Source of the DNA: the human T2T-CHM13v2.0 reference genome, Homo sapiens
NCBI RefSeq assembly: GCF_009914755.1
Contig: NC_060926.1
Strand: one strand, 5' to 3'
DNA: 64,000 nucleotides
Shown here: positions 16,431 through 31,019 of the stretch, one piece after another
Layout: every line of letters begins with the position of its first letter
Numbering within the stretch: the first letter of the stretch is position 1
Program-made: the position numbers and the translations under genes
Notes under the pieces: generated by a model
What the model was told of the DNA's origin: nothing
What the model saw: the letters and a program-made list of their open reading frames with translations, nothing else
Databases searched by the model: none

Positions 16431-16709
16431 GTGCTCTCCCATCATGCCACATGCTCTCCCATCATGCCATGTGCTCTCCCATCATGCCATGTGCTCTCCC
16501 ATCATGCCATGTGCTTTCCCATCATGCCATGTGCTTTTCCATCATGCGTGTGCTCTCCCATCATGCCACATGCTCTCGCATCATGCCATGTGTTCTCCCA
16601 TCATGCCACAGGCTCTATCATGCCACATGCTCTCCCATCATGCTATATGCCTTCCTATCATGCTATGTGTTCACCCATTATGAGTCATGCTTTCCCATCA
16701 TGCCACAGC
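16431..16709. repeat. 20-bp minisatellite, about 14 units (GTGCTCTCCCATCATGCCAT)
   Basis: Directly visible tandem units that degenerate toward the right. Confidence 0.95.
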
Positions 16710-18044
16710 ATAGTCACTCAGGCAAGAGAAACCCATCCTGTCTTCTGCTACATTACCCTTTTCTTTATATCTTCTACACACATTTTGTGTTCAGCGACAG
16801 TATCTCTTTAGGGACTAGTGACTTGGGAGCCACTTATAATCTCAGATTGACCTTTCTGAAATATTACTCAGTGGAAATTTGAAAACAAATTGTTTCCTTT
16901 GCACTCAATGGGATTAAAATTTGAAATTCAATTGTTTTTTGTATAGTAGGTCAACAATCGAAATGGTACAAAGGCATTTGCTCTTTTCAGCTTCCACCTT
17001 TGGATATGAGGCTTTATGTGACCTGCACTTCCTTGAAAATTTATAATGGCATAAATTTTTAATGGTTTTTAAAAATCTTGACATATTATTGCTGATAGGA
17101 AAAACAAGTGTTTTTTTAATCTTTGCACCCAGAACCAAAAAAAGAGCTTGTGGTCACAGCAGGGCATGGAGATGGCACAACCTCCATATAGTTTTTCTCC
17201 TGGGACACCATGCCCTCACTTGTGAAGAAAATTTCTGTTCTTAAGTTTGAAGACATGATTGCCTTATCATGTGGGTCCTGCCCTCCTCCTCACTCCAAGT
17301 ATTTAGAGGTAAAATTAGAAATGTCACATATTCAAACACTGATAAAAAAAAAAAAAAGGAATCCTTTTTTGGAATCTATTCTGTGTCTCTGTGTAGCTAT
17401 CATTGACATTATTATTCATCAAAGTAAGCTGAGTTATGCTGCAGTAACTAGACTCCTTCCCTCTGGTCTTGTGTGGCCTCTCTGACCACTTAAGGTAAAA
17501 CAAGGAGAACTAAAAGACAAAGATCTTTATGGCTTCTCCTGCCACAATAGGCTCCTCATAGCAGGTCCATTTTATCCAGATCCAAAGCAGAGCACTTCCT
17601 ACCTGGGAATGGAGACTTGCTCTTTGGCTCCCCTGGTGATTAGAACGTGTGACCACAGAAGTGATCACTGAAAACCCCTGCCACTGACAAGGTCCTCTGA
17701 GCCACTCTTTGAGAAAGTGAAAGCTTCTGTCTTTTCACCACTTAAAATGCTGGCCAGAAGAAAGCATTGCTTCTACAATGCATTTCAAGTATATTACTTT
17801 AAATGTGGCAGCTATATGTCCAAAGGATTTTGGAGGTTTGTAGAGAGGTAAGTCCCAAATGCCATTATTGCACATTAAAGAAAATGAAATTAGCTTAGGA
17901 GTGCAACACAGTTCAAGCCATTAAATAATTTTAAAGGCACTTAGTGCAGCATTGAGCTATATAAGTATGGGCACACTTAAACTGCTTGAGCTGTACTGAA
18001 CTAACTCAGTACAGATCCTGTTTGGCAGGATCAAACTTGGAGGC

Positions 18045-18409
18045 TGTATTAGTCCGTTCTCATGTTGCTATGAAGGAATACCTGAGACTGGGTAATTTAT
18101 AGAGATAAGAGGTTTAACTGACTCATAGTTTTGCATGGCTGGTGAGGCCTCAGGAAACTTACAATCATGGCAGAAGACACCTCTTCACAAGGCGGCAGGA
18201 GAAAGAATGAGAGCCAGCAGGGGAAATGCCAGATGCTTATAAAACCATTAGATCTCATGAGAACTCACTCACTATCAGGAGAACAGCATGGGGGAAACCA
18301 CCTCCATGATTCAATTACCTCCCACAGGGTCCCTCCCATGACACACGGGGAATAGGGGATTATAATTCAAGATGAGATTTGGGTGGGGACACAAAGCCAA
18401 ACCATATCA
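18045..18409 (-). mobile_element. THE1/MST solo LTR
   Basis: Minus strand reads TGATATGGTTTGGCT...GACTAATACA. 5-bp TSD GAGGC on both sides. Confidence 0.92.
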
Positions 18410-18524
18410 GAGGCTAATGCTAAAAACCTAGAATTGCATAGGAAGCACTCTCTTGTGAAGGACAGTTAGGACAAATGTTTAACAAGGGCAACTTCCTGGT
18501 CACTAATGCCAGGGGAAGTTATAT

Positions 18525-19012
18525 GTGTGGCAGTCACTGCTAGCTAGGCAATATTCACCTCCCCTTCTTCCTCCCTATCAGGGAACAATATGGCCAGCTA
18601 AAAAAAAAACCGCATTTCCCAGCCTTCCCCAAAGCTAGAAGCAACCATTTGATACAGTCTTGGTCAATAACGTGTTAGCACAAATCTTCTGGGAATTTCT
18701 GAGAAAGTCTAATTTCCTGATGGAAATACTATCCTTTTCCCTCACCTCTTCCTCCTCCTTCTCCCTGTCTAGAAGGTAGTTAAAGGCTGGAAATGGAGTA
18801 GCTGCAAACTTTCAGGATAAAAAATACCACCTGCTAAGCATGGCAGAGCAGGCAGACAGGAGCCTGGCACATTGGTACCATAAGGAGTCGCTGCACCAGC
18901 CCCGGGTTGCCAACCTCTGGACTTTCTGGGGAATGGAAATAAGTCCCTATTTGGCTAAGCCACTACGGCTAGGTTTCTGCTTCATGCAGCTGGAGGCAAT
19001 TCTTAACCAATA
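18525..19012 (+). mobile_element. Old MLT1 LTR (K/L-like)
   Basis: MLT1-like blocks CATTTCCCAGCCTTCC and GAAATAAGTCCCTATTTGGCTAAGCCACT. Confidence 0.55.
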
Positions 19013-19359
19013 TAGAGTGTCACACAGACAAAAGACTTTCCTGTCCAATCAGTTTGGGGATCAGTAGGGTATACACAGGTCCTTGTTACAGGACCTTTCT
19101 GAGCCTTTCATATCGTAGGTGCCTGATGATGCTCTTGAGAGGGGGGCAGAGTACAGTGTCTCCCAAATTCTATTGGCCATGGACACTTATTTCATGTTAC
19201 ATCTCTTGGGAATAATGTCCCACCAAATATACCTTAGGAAACAATGCTCCAAGTGTGCACGTGCTCATGCTCGCTCTTTCTTTTTCTTTCTCTCAACCAG
19301 GGAAACATCATGCCTTTCCAGGAGGTACAAACATAAATTCTTAGCAAATGTTGAAACAT

Positions 19360-19861
19360 AAAAGTCTCTCAAAATTCATGTCCCCAAAGTGTCTCCCAAC
19401 AATTCATATCCACCTGAAACCTGTGAATTTGTCCTTATTTAGAAACAGGATCTCTGCAGATGCAATCAAGTGAAGATGAAGTCATAGTGGATTAGGGTAG
19501 GTCCTAAATCCAATGGTCAGCATCCTTATAAGGAATGGGAAGATTTAGTCATCAAAGTCATAGAGAAGACACACACACACAGAGGAAAGACCATGTGATG
19601 ACAGAGGTAGAGACTGGATTGATGTAGCTGCAAGCCAAGGAATGCCAAGAATTACTGCCACCCTCCAAAGGTAGGAAGAAACAGGGAAGGAGTACCCTAG
19701 AGCCTTCAGAGGGAGCACGGCCTTGTCAGCAGTTTGATTTCAGACCTCTAGCCTTCAGAATTGAGAGAGAATACATTTCAGTTATGTCAAGCCATCTCCA
19801 TTTAAGGAGATCTCCATTTAAGCCATCTCCATGTAAAGGCAGCCCTGGGAAATTAATATAC
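19360..19861 (+). mobile_element. MLT1B/C-like LTR
   Basis: Blocks GGATTAGGGTAGGTCCTAAATCCAAT, CAAGCCAAGGAATGCC and GCAGCCCTGGGAAATTAATATA. Confidence 0.75.
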
Positions 19862-21549
19862 TCTGTAGCATTATAACCATGTCTAAATTACTATAATTTT
19901 TTCCTGTGTCCAGGAATGAGAATTAAGGGCCAACACTGAGACCTGGCCATGTAGAGAAACTGCCTCCCCACACCCTAGCTCCTCTACCATATTTTACATT
20001 CTTATAAAAAATTGATATGCTTCCTGTCACGTTTCCTTGAAATCAAATAGCATCTTGAAAACTCTGACTTTAAAAATGGGAGACGCTGACATTTGAATAT
20101 AAATGCCCTAAAGAAAAACTTTTCAGGAGCCTTGAATTTGCCATTAATTAATCTGCCTCACCTTGGATCAGTGCCTTATCTTTTCTCAGCTTCATGTGTC
20201 TGATTTCTATAATGAAGAGGTTGGACTGGAAGATCTGTTTGATCCCTTCCACTTTGACACTCTGGAATTCCAGAGGGAATGTTTCAGTATATAACAGTTG
20301 ACGCTTGTTACTCAGAAACCTAAAGATGGGCAGGGCTGGTTGGGATGAGGTCGGAGCAGCAGGCCCTTACTAATGCTTAGGGTACCTTGTTAGCTTTTCT
20401 GAGTCCACTTATATAGAAAAATCTTACTTCCTAGGATGTCTCTTTGAACTAAACTAGAAAAAGGAATACAGTGTTACGTTTGGTGTTATGTTTGCCTTAG
20501 CATATTAAAAGTCCTAAGAGAGAGATTCTTTTGGAGGGTTGTGATAGAAACTACTAGGACAAAAATGAATGTATCTCCCTTTCCCATTCTTAAAAGAAAC
20601 TTACACTCCTAAAACTAGGTTAATTATTCACATTACAAAAGATGTCTTTACTTTATTAAAAAGCTTACTAAAGATTTCCTTTACAATAAACGGCATAAGA
20701 AAGTAGTTGCTTAACTGCTCTTCTCCAATCGAAACAACTCGATTCTTTTAGACTTTGGTCATATGAGCTTGTTTCCATCTACTTGACTATTTAGGTTGTT
20801 TTATCCAGAGCACCAATCATTTATCATCATACACTGTAACTGTGATAACCAGCACAGAGAACAATATTCTCAAAATCAATCAAGATAAAGGAAACTTAAG
20901 AAAAGGAACACATCTTGGAGCTTGAAGTCATTCTCTCAAGATATCTCCCCAGTTCCAGAAAATGCAAGGATATGATGGGAAATACAAGAGTCGCCGCTTT
21001 TCACAAGGGCACACAAGACACAATGTTTCAGCAAAGCACATCAAGACATTGTAATTATCAAACATAAACATTTTTAGTGCCTTAAATGCATATAGCCTTT
21101 GTCAAAAATGGTTTCAAGCCAAAGACACTACAAATTCTGTAACACACACGCGCTTTGGACATTTGCCAATGGACATTTGCAATGTCATTGGTGCCTAACA
21201 AGGACACAGAAACCCTAATTCTCTAAGCATATCAATGGCATTATTGAGTATTATATTCATAACAAGGGAGAAAAATAAACCAAGAGAATAAATTGGGTTT
21301 TTTTAGGTCATTAACTGCAGGTCTATGTAGGGTTACCTAGTTATAAGTTATAAAGTTTATTCATGTATTCCATCTGCAAATAATTATTTATTGCCTTTTA
21401 TGTGTCCACTTTTCTTATCCAAGAAATGAGAATAATAATACCACCTACCTCACAGGGTTATTGTGATGATTAGACTTTAAATACTTATAAATATAAATAT
21501 ATGTCATTAACACAGCCTGACATGCAGGAAGTACTGAATAAATATCAGC

Positions 21550-22800
21550 TACTACTATTATAATGGAGCCAAGTAGAAAGATTTGGGATATGTTTTGGAG
21601 GACTGAGCCAGCAGAATTTGCTGATAGACTGGATGAAAAAGTGAAGGAAAGAGAAACCAAGGACAACTCCAAAATCTTTGGCTTGTGCAACTGGGATGAT
21701 GACACAAGGAAAATGCAGAGAGAAATGGGTTTGAGTAAAGAAATCAAGAGCTCTAAGAGGGTCATTTAGGGTTGGTCTGAGACGCCTGTAAGACATGCAT
21801 GTAGAAATGTCAGGGAAGCAGTTGGATATACAGGTTTTCAGCCTCACTACCCAAAGTAAGATCCGGAGACCAGCAACATCAGCATCGCTGGGAGCTTATT
21901 GGAAATGCAAACTCTCAGGCCCCACTCCAGACAAATGAGACTGGAATCTACATTTTAACAGGATCCCCAGGTGATCAGTGTGTACAGTAAAGTTCCAGAA
22001 GCAATGAAGTAGAGTTCTGGGGAGATAGGAACTTTGGATTCATCAGCACAAAAATGAAGTCTAAAGCCAAGGCCCAAAAGAGTTCACCAGAAAGAGTGTA
22101 TAAGGAAGACAAAGTGGTGCAGGGCAAAGCTCTCTCACACTTAGAGGTCTGGTGGAGGAAAAGGAACTGCACAGAAGAAAAGGAGGAACAGCAAGTGAGG
22201 TAAGGGAAAACCAGAAAAGGGCAGTATTCCAGGCCAGATAATCCAAATGTTTCAAGAAGTGGTCAACAGTGTTGAGTGCTGCTGACAGGTCAAGTAAGAT
22301 AAGAACAGAGAAGAGGCCATTAGATTTGGCAATATGGAGGTCATCTTCAATGATCTTGACAAGAATAGCCTCAGTGCCATAAAAGAGGACAAGTATAAAC
22401 AGTGGGGAACAGGAAGAGATACAGAGCAAAGGCAACTCTTTCAAGGAGAACATAAAGGGAGAAATGGGAGGAGGGGGGAAGGAAGAAAGAGGTTGATGAT
22501 GCAGAAAAGAGAAAAGCCAATTGCCATGGTGGTGTTTTTGAGATGGTGAGAGGGAAAAGGTCCCAGAGCCCAGAAGAAAAGATGGCCTCTGATAGAAGCA
22601 GGGGCCACTCAACCCAGAGCAGCATGTCAGGGATGTGTGTCAGGGGTTGGGGGGTGGGAAGACAGGAGAGCTCCGGGATCACTGTTTCTGTTTCTCAATG
22701 AAGCTGGAGGCACCCAGAAAGGTGGGTGGGGTGGAGAGGAAAGGAAATTTGGAGAAAAGAGGAGTGAATTCGTCATTCTGGAAAGTGATAAAGTAAATGC
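21550..22800 (-). mobile_element. L2 LINE fragment (RT region) interrupted by MER5A
   Basis: ORF 22061..22612 retains the L2 RT motif DLHIAKSNGLFSVLILLDLSAALNTVDH. Confidence 0.85.
21835..22010. mobile_element. MER5A (hAT-Charlie MITE)
   Basis: CAGCAACATCAGCATC...GAAATGCAAACTCTCAGGCCCCAC...TTTTAACAGGATCCCCAGGTGAT. Confidence 0.8.
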
Positions 22801-23389
22801 CTTAGAACTGCCAGGTAGCACAGGATGCTTTTTTGAGATTTTCAGCCATGCATCTGAAAAAGCCTACGCTCTCCCATAACATGCTTCATTCCTCCAAAAT
22901 GTCCTCATGTTCTAATGCATAGAGGCATAAATCACAAGAAAGTGCATCTTCTCCATCAATTCTCATTATTCCTGTAAGCATTTTATTACATTAAAGGTCA
23001 CCGTCAGCAGAACAAGGCTAGACAAGGGCGTCATCACAGAGCCACAGCAAGATGATGATACAAAAAGACAGAAGCCTTCTATCCCCTCCATGAGATTTAT
23101 GGCTGAGGGGTGAGGCAGGAATTAATGACATGAAAACACAAGATGCCTCAAGGGAGGGAGTTCCTACAATTCACAAGAACTGCTAGGAGATCCCTCCTGA
23201 GACAAGTGCTTTGGTAAACAACACCAAGTACTGTTAATTGCCTTTAACTGAGTTTTGAACAAGCCCAAAGTCAATAATGCCTCCTTGGTTACCTTCCTTC
23301 CTGCTTGGAAACCAATCGAATTGAACAATCACATAATTCTTCGCAGCACTTCCAAATTCAGCTACATAAAGCCCACTTCTGTGATCCAC

Positions 23390-24645
23390 AAACGAAGAAG
23401 CTAAAATGTGGCTCTCCCACAGGACACTATTGCCCCACAGCACTCTCTTCCACATCCCAGGTACTCAGGGCCTGGGTGCACATCTCCTCCAGCCCTATAG
23501 TCACCTCTATCTATTTCCACTCCTTCAAAACCCCATCACCTTGGAAGCACAGTCTTCCAACTTGACTTCCTGTCACTCCTCCTTGTTACTCTCCTCTACT
23601 GCCCAGCCACTCCTCTCATTCTCCGAGGACTCCAGCTCCTGGCTAACCATCTTCCCCTCCACCACTCTCCTTACTCATTCCTGCCGACGTTGACATCTAC
23701 ATGGTGATCCACCCGACACCCACCATCACATCTTCGTGGCCTCCAATGCCACTTATCTCTCCTTCCACCCCAGCCTCAGTCACCCTCTCCCGTGGTCATA
23801 CCCTAGATCTTGCTGCTACCAAGATCACCACTTTCAATGTGTGGATGTCAACATCCTACTCTGACCATCCCCTTCCAGCCCAGCTCTGGCACCCCACCTC
23901 CTAGCAATTCTCCAACATCTCTGATACCTGCTAATCACCTTTTAATTATCTATCTCCAACTCTACTTTTCCCATCTCTTCTCATGTAGCTTAAATTATCC
24001 AACTGGATAACCATTCCCTTGCAAAACACCTCTAACTCCTCTGCCCTCTCACCCACCACTGTTTCTACCTCACAGAGTCCCACCCTTAGTTAAACCCTAT
24101 GTGACCTTGCCCCTGCCTGCATCTGGGCCATTGACCCTTGCACAAAACTCTGTGGACTGGACTCACTTCAAATTACCCTCTACACCTTTCAGATGATTTC
24201 TTAACATTGCCAAGCAACCTGCCCTTCTCTCGAAGTACAGACTCTTCAACAGGATCATTTCCCACCTTCTCATCTCAAATCTCCCTGACTCCCTCTTCGC
24301 TCCACTCTCGGCCAATGATGTGGCCTCAAATAGCATAATGAAAATGCCTGCAATCAGCCAGCACTAGCTTATCCTCTGATCCGTCTCACGAACCCACCTG
24401 CAACAGCTCACTGCTGCCTCCCAAAAGAGCCTTCCCTGACCACTCTGGCTAAAGCAGCCTCCTCCCTCAGGTTAAAATGAGTTTATCTTCTGCATAATGG
24501 GTATCAATGCTTGAACCTGTTTGTTTTTATGCTTAGTGTCTGTCTCTCCTCACTAGAGTGTAAACTCTTGGCTCGTGGCATCCCCAGCACTGCACAGTAA
24601 CCACACATAGAAGGTGTTCAGTAAACACTTGTTGACTGACTGATG
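23390..24645 (+). mobile_element. L2 LINE fragments (endonuclease region and 3' end)
   Basis: GHTLDL motif in ORF 23701..23904, C/T-rich L2 composition, and L2 3' end CAGTAAACACTTGTTGACTGACTGA. Confidence 0.7.
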
Positions 24646-24830
24646 AGCTGGGTTGAACGATACACTTACCTACCATTGTGACCAATTACTCATCATCTAG
24701 TACACCTCCAGCAAATGTAAATGCACATTTTCTTAAATATTTTTTATTTAGCCCTCCCTCCCTCTCCTCATAAAAATGAACAGTGGGGCTGCTATCCAGG
24801 TCAAATTTATCTATTTTAAAAAATGTTTAC

Positions 24831-25160
<330 letters not shown>

Positions 25161-25859
25161 GAGGCTGAACACAAGCACAAATTGCAGGTCTCTATACAGA
25201 GCAGCAGATCCTGCCTACCCCCTTTCCTCCCCCAACATACAGCGGTCCCCAGTCAGGCACTCAGTTGAGTTAACTCTTTATCTCAAAATAGCATGCAGAC
25301 ACAGTTCTTTTTGGATTTATTAGCTTCAATCACTAGATGGGTGTTCTTAGAGAAACTGCACACACTGCAGGAGAGAACTAGAGCCCTACTATGGTGGTGT
25401 TGGTGCCCGCAGATTAAAGCCTATCTCTGTGGGTCACTTACGGAGCCCCAGATAACAATTCATGTGAATTTCACCCTGGATTGAGACATTGGAGTCCTAA
25501 GAAAGATGAAATCCTAGCATGCTACTTATTGTGCAGTAAGCAATATCAACTCAGTCAGATACTGAACACTGTTAGGAGTTTTCATTTGTTTTAATTACCT
25601 TATAGACAAATCATAGAAACCAACGATGGCTAGGAAATAGAGTATTTTATCAACTTTGATAGTACAAAAGTAAATGTACAGCTAGAGAAGGAGGGAGCAG
25701 GCAAGGAGACGTGGTGGTAATAGCCTTATCTATGGCATAGAGTCAGGTGACACGATCAACAGTGGATGGAATGGGAAATCTGGTTGTAGTGAATCTATTG
25801 TCTGGAGTTGTGGGGATGGCCAGAAGAGAGGTGAAGAGATGGAGTTGTAGTGCAAGTAA

Positions 25860-26189
<330 letters not shown>

Positions 26190-27654
26190 TAATTTTTATG
26201 GCAGAAAGTCACTAGACAATGATCACAGTTGATACATTCAGAAACAGCAGTACATGCATATTATTTTGGGATACAGAGGTATCTACAGCAGAACAAAAAA
26301 ACACAGCTAAAATTGGTTTGCCTGTGGATAAGGGATTTGTGGGGGGGGGGATTTGTACAGGGATTGTTGCCTTTTATTAGAAGCCCTTCAGTCCTATTTG
26401 ATTCATTAAGTATGAACAAGTGTTGCCTTAAAAACTAAAAGTTTGGGGACAGGAGACGAATAAAGAAAAATAATGATATATTTTATGAAATAAGAGAGAG
26501 GAAGTCTCACACACAGTATGGTGGGAATGAGTGTGGAATGGTTAAGCTGGATACTGCATAACTATGGTAACAGACGTAGCTAATTTAAGACACAAATGAG
26601 GGTGTTGGAAAGATTTAAGAGAAATATGGTGTTAAGAGGGAAGGAGAATAAATTCTAAAAAAAGGGATGCTGAGATAATCAGTATGGATGCTCTGCCATC
26701 TGACATGAGGAAAGCAGGAAAGAATCAAACCCGCCCTCACTTTTCCTGTCCTGTCTTTTCACGGTAGATTTTTGAAAGTAAACCCCTAGATATTCTTATG
26801 GAGACTCCATGCCGAGTAAAGAAAGCAAACATGATAAAATTCATACTCAATAAAATAACACAAGCAGAAAATCACATCCATTGTTAAATGAAATTGTTTC
26901 ATAAAGCCTCCATGCATTTCAAAGTTTAATAACTTCATTTGTTCTTTGAGAAAAACAATTTAAAAATAACATTCAAATGCCCTTGTATTGATTTTCCCTT
27001 CAATAAAATGATTCACAATCAAGCACAAACATTTAACGACCCTTTCAAAATTCCACAGAAAATTACCGAAGGAACGTAAAAATAGGAACAAATCTCCATC
27101 ACTTCTGGTTACCAGGGAGGCTGCCATTCACGCGGCAGGAACTGTGAGGGATCGACATCTTTATAACATCGGTTCTTCCCATCTGGGAACATGACATTCT
27201 GTTTCTTGAGTAAATATTGGTAATGCATATTTTCAGTGGAAATAGTCCATTTCATCAAGATTTTCACAGATGATGGGATACAATAATGCACAATGTTCTT
27301 GAGATTTTACATCTTTTCTCCATGCTGCTCCATATGTCATTTCTAGCTTTGTGAATTTTTTTGCCTTTGTATCTTAATTAGGCTTTCTGGAAGTTTGCCT
27401 ATTTTATTGGCTTTCTAAAAGAACTAACTGGCTGGATAAAAGGTGGGGAGAGGGCATATAAGGAGGTGGAAAGAGTTGTTTTGGAAGGGTTGGGAGGGTG
27501 GGAAAGCATGTTCAGAAAAATGGAGTAGTTCAGCCTACCTAGAGGGTAGAGCGTAAAGGAAAAAGAGGAAAAGCAGTTGAGGCAGGTAAGGAGCTTGGGC
27601 TTTATCCGGAGGGTAGAGAAATGATGAGATTAGATTTTTGTTTTAAAAAGATCA

Positions 27655-27872
<218 letters not shown>

Positions 27873-28497
27873 ATGGATGGAGGAAGACTGGGCTGGAAGC
27901 AGGGAAGAAGGTGGGGGGACTCTAAAGTAATCCAGAGTTTCAGCCAGGGGCAGTGTGGCCATATGAAACAGGAACCCAAGCAAAGTAGCCCAGGCAGAAT
28001 GGAAGGCAACATCGACATGGAAACCAAAGTCTAGCCTGGACTCATGGAAACTACTAGAATTGTCATCAATTCAGGGAGCCATGGGGATGGGGTGAAGGAT
28101 GTCAAATGGTCCTTAGAGCTGCTACTGATAGAAGCCACAGGGATTTACTACTTGGCTTAGAAAGTTTTTTTCAGCCACTTCACAGCTGGAAAAAAGGCAC
28201 AGAGAAAACCATTCCAGGCATTAAATGGAGCACTGAAATTTGTATTCAGGTACCTAGATCCTAAGCTCCCTGGCCTCCAGATCCTGCCCTGGAAGCTTGC
28301 AGGATGAGGCCCTATGTTAGATCAAATACATTACAGGTATTTACTGCTGGGTGGAATAGCGTTTATTTACATACTTTTGTATCTTTATTTTTAGCTGCAT
28401 CTGGTGAAGTGATCAGAATCAACCTTGTTTGAAGCTGGATATATTAAATCCCCACTTTACTGGGAGCTCCCTCAGCACATGTCTGAGGAACTGAGGG

Positions 28498-28887
28498 TGC
28501 TGTGGTTTGGATATTTGATCCCTCCAAAGCCCATGTTGAAGGAGGGGGTACCTGGTGGGAGGTGTTTGGGTCATGGTGGTGGATCCCTCATGAATGGCTT
28601 GGAGCCATTCTTGCAGTAGTGAGTGAGTTCTCACTCTTTTCATTCCCATGACAGCTGGTTGTTAAGAAGAGCCTGGCATCTCCTCCCCTCTCTCTTGCTT
28701 CCTCTCTTGCCATGTGATCTCTGCACACGCCAGCTCCCCTTTGCTTTCTGTCAGGAGTGGAAGTGGCCTGAGGCTTCCACAAGCTGCCCAGTCTTCCAGC
28801 CAGTAGAATCATGAGAAAAGTAAACCTTTTCTCTATAAATTACCCAGCCTTGGATATTCCTTCATAGCAACACAGGCAGACTAAGAT
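28498..28887 (+). mobile_element. MST-family MaLR LTR
   Basis: TGCTGTGGTTTGGATATTTG...ATAAATTACCCAGCC...GACTAAGA. Confidence 0.8.
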
Positions 28888-30376
28888 GGGGATCTGCCAC
28901 TCAAGGTGGCAGTGCTGATAGATTTCCCACGGCCCTTAGATTTATATCCCTCATCCCCACCCCACTGACCATACCACAGCCCATCTAGCCCTGTTTCATT
29001 GAGCCTGGGGATACTAGCACTCAGCTGAGAGGACACCACTGCTTCTTCCCAGGAAAGCCCCTTGTTGATACTCATGGGCTGGGTGATATTGGCTGGCACC
29101 ATCTGTACTCTAACTTTTACAGAGTCCTTAAAGAATCTAGGCCCAGTGTTTGTTCTCTTCTCTAAAACTCAAATCGATGTTTTCCTTACTATATTTGTCT
29201 TTGGACACTTTGAAGAAAAGAAAGGCAAATATTTAGGTCCATGGTGCCATCTTGAAACCTACACGTGCGTGTTTATAACCCTGAACCTGCAACTCAGATC
29301 TCGGGTCCCAGCCATGACACATGCATACGTCTGCCTCTCTGCTGGCCATCCCCACCTCAAACTCGTCTTGTCTAAAACTGACCACTGTCTTACACAAACC
29401 ACTTCCTTCTTGGCTGTGCTGGATTCCCCAATTTAGAGCACCAAGCAAAGTAGGGCTCCAAATATTCTTGGAATAAATTTGATATATATTTTTTGAAGCA
29501 TCAAAGTAGTCACCATGGAGATGTTATAACAATGAATAAGATACAAATGGTACAGTTCTAATTTTTTAAAGTTTCAGAGAAACAAGTCTGATGTACTTTG
29601 TTTGAGGATGCAAATTTAGATTATAAAATTATAAAAGCAAGCAAGAAAATGGTTACCATAAAAGGAAGGTGAGTTGTTACCTCCAGGGGGAAGCAGGGTG
29701 TGGTTCAAGGGTGCACTGGGCTCTGGGAGCTGGCTGTGTCCTGCTTCTTGACCTGCATGGTGGTCACACGGGCATTCACTTTATAATATTTCACTAAACT
29801 GCACATTTGTTTCATGTCCTTTCCTATATCTGTGTTATGTTTTATATATTTTAAGGTTTTTTTAAATAAAGTAGTCATTACAAGGGAAAGAAACAAAACT
29901 TTTGTGGACTTTCATAGTTATTTTGATAAAGTTGGCCACAACTTATCTTCCATCATACAAAATGCCAGAAGACAAAAGAATAATATTTGGAGTTTTTAGG
30001 TAAAAAGATTAAGATGAAGAAGTGTATGCCCCAAAAGGATGATGTTACTGTGAAACAGCAACATAAAGAAGTTCTTAGGCAAGCAAGAACTACCGGAATA
30101 TACTATCTTTCCTGAAAAAGATTCCAACTAATCAAGGAATAAGTAAAAATGAAGATTGAGCATAGGAAATGGACTGAGTATTGTAACCTATGTAACTCTC
30201 AGTCTAGATAGCAGCTGTTAGTATGGTTAGGAAACATAAATGTCAAAAATAATTCTGGAAAGCAAAAGCATGCATTACTTTTTTTTTTTTTTAAAGACAA
30301 TAATCTGGATCTAAAAGCCAAAATGTTTTTAAGGCAAAAAGTTAGTGGGGGTAGATGGGCAACAAAAAAGAAATTA

Positions 30377-30660
<284 letters not shown>

Positions 30661-30680
30661 GGAAGGAAGGAAGGAATTAA

Positions 30681-31019
<339 letters not shown>

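Noticed and set aside
16431-16709. Regular repeats as a CRISPR-like array
   Set aside because: Units are head-to-tail with no unique spacers, there are no cas genes, and the DNA is primate.
16375-16882. Three overlapping Cys/His-rich ORFs (102-152 aa)
   Set aside because: By-product of the stop-free 20-bp minisatellite read in all three frames, with no gene context.
19790-19840. Short ATCTCCATTTAAG triplication (also small duplications at about 13265-13320, 21157-21183 and 62450-62495)
   Set aside because: Ordinary slippage duplications, mostly inside old repeats.
22061-22612. 183-aa ORF with a reverse-transcriptase motif
   Set aside because: Decayed L2 element; only a short motif block is in frame.
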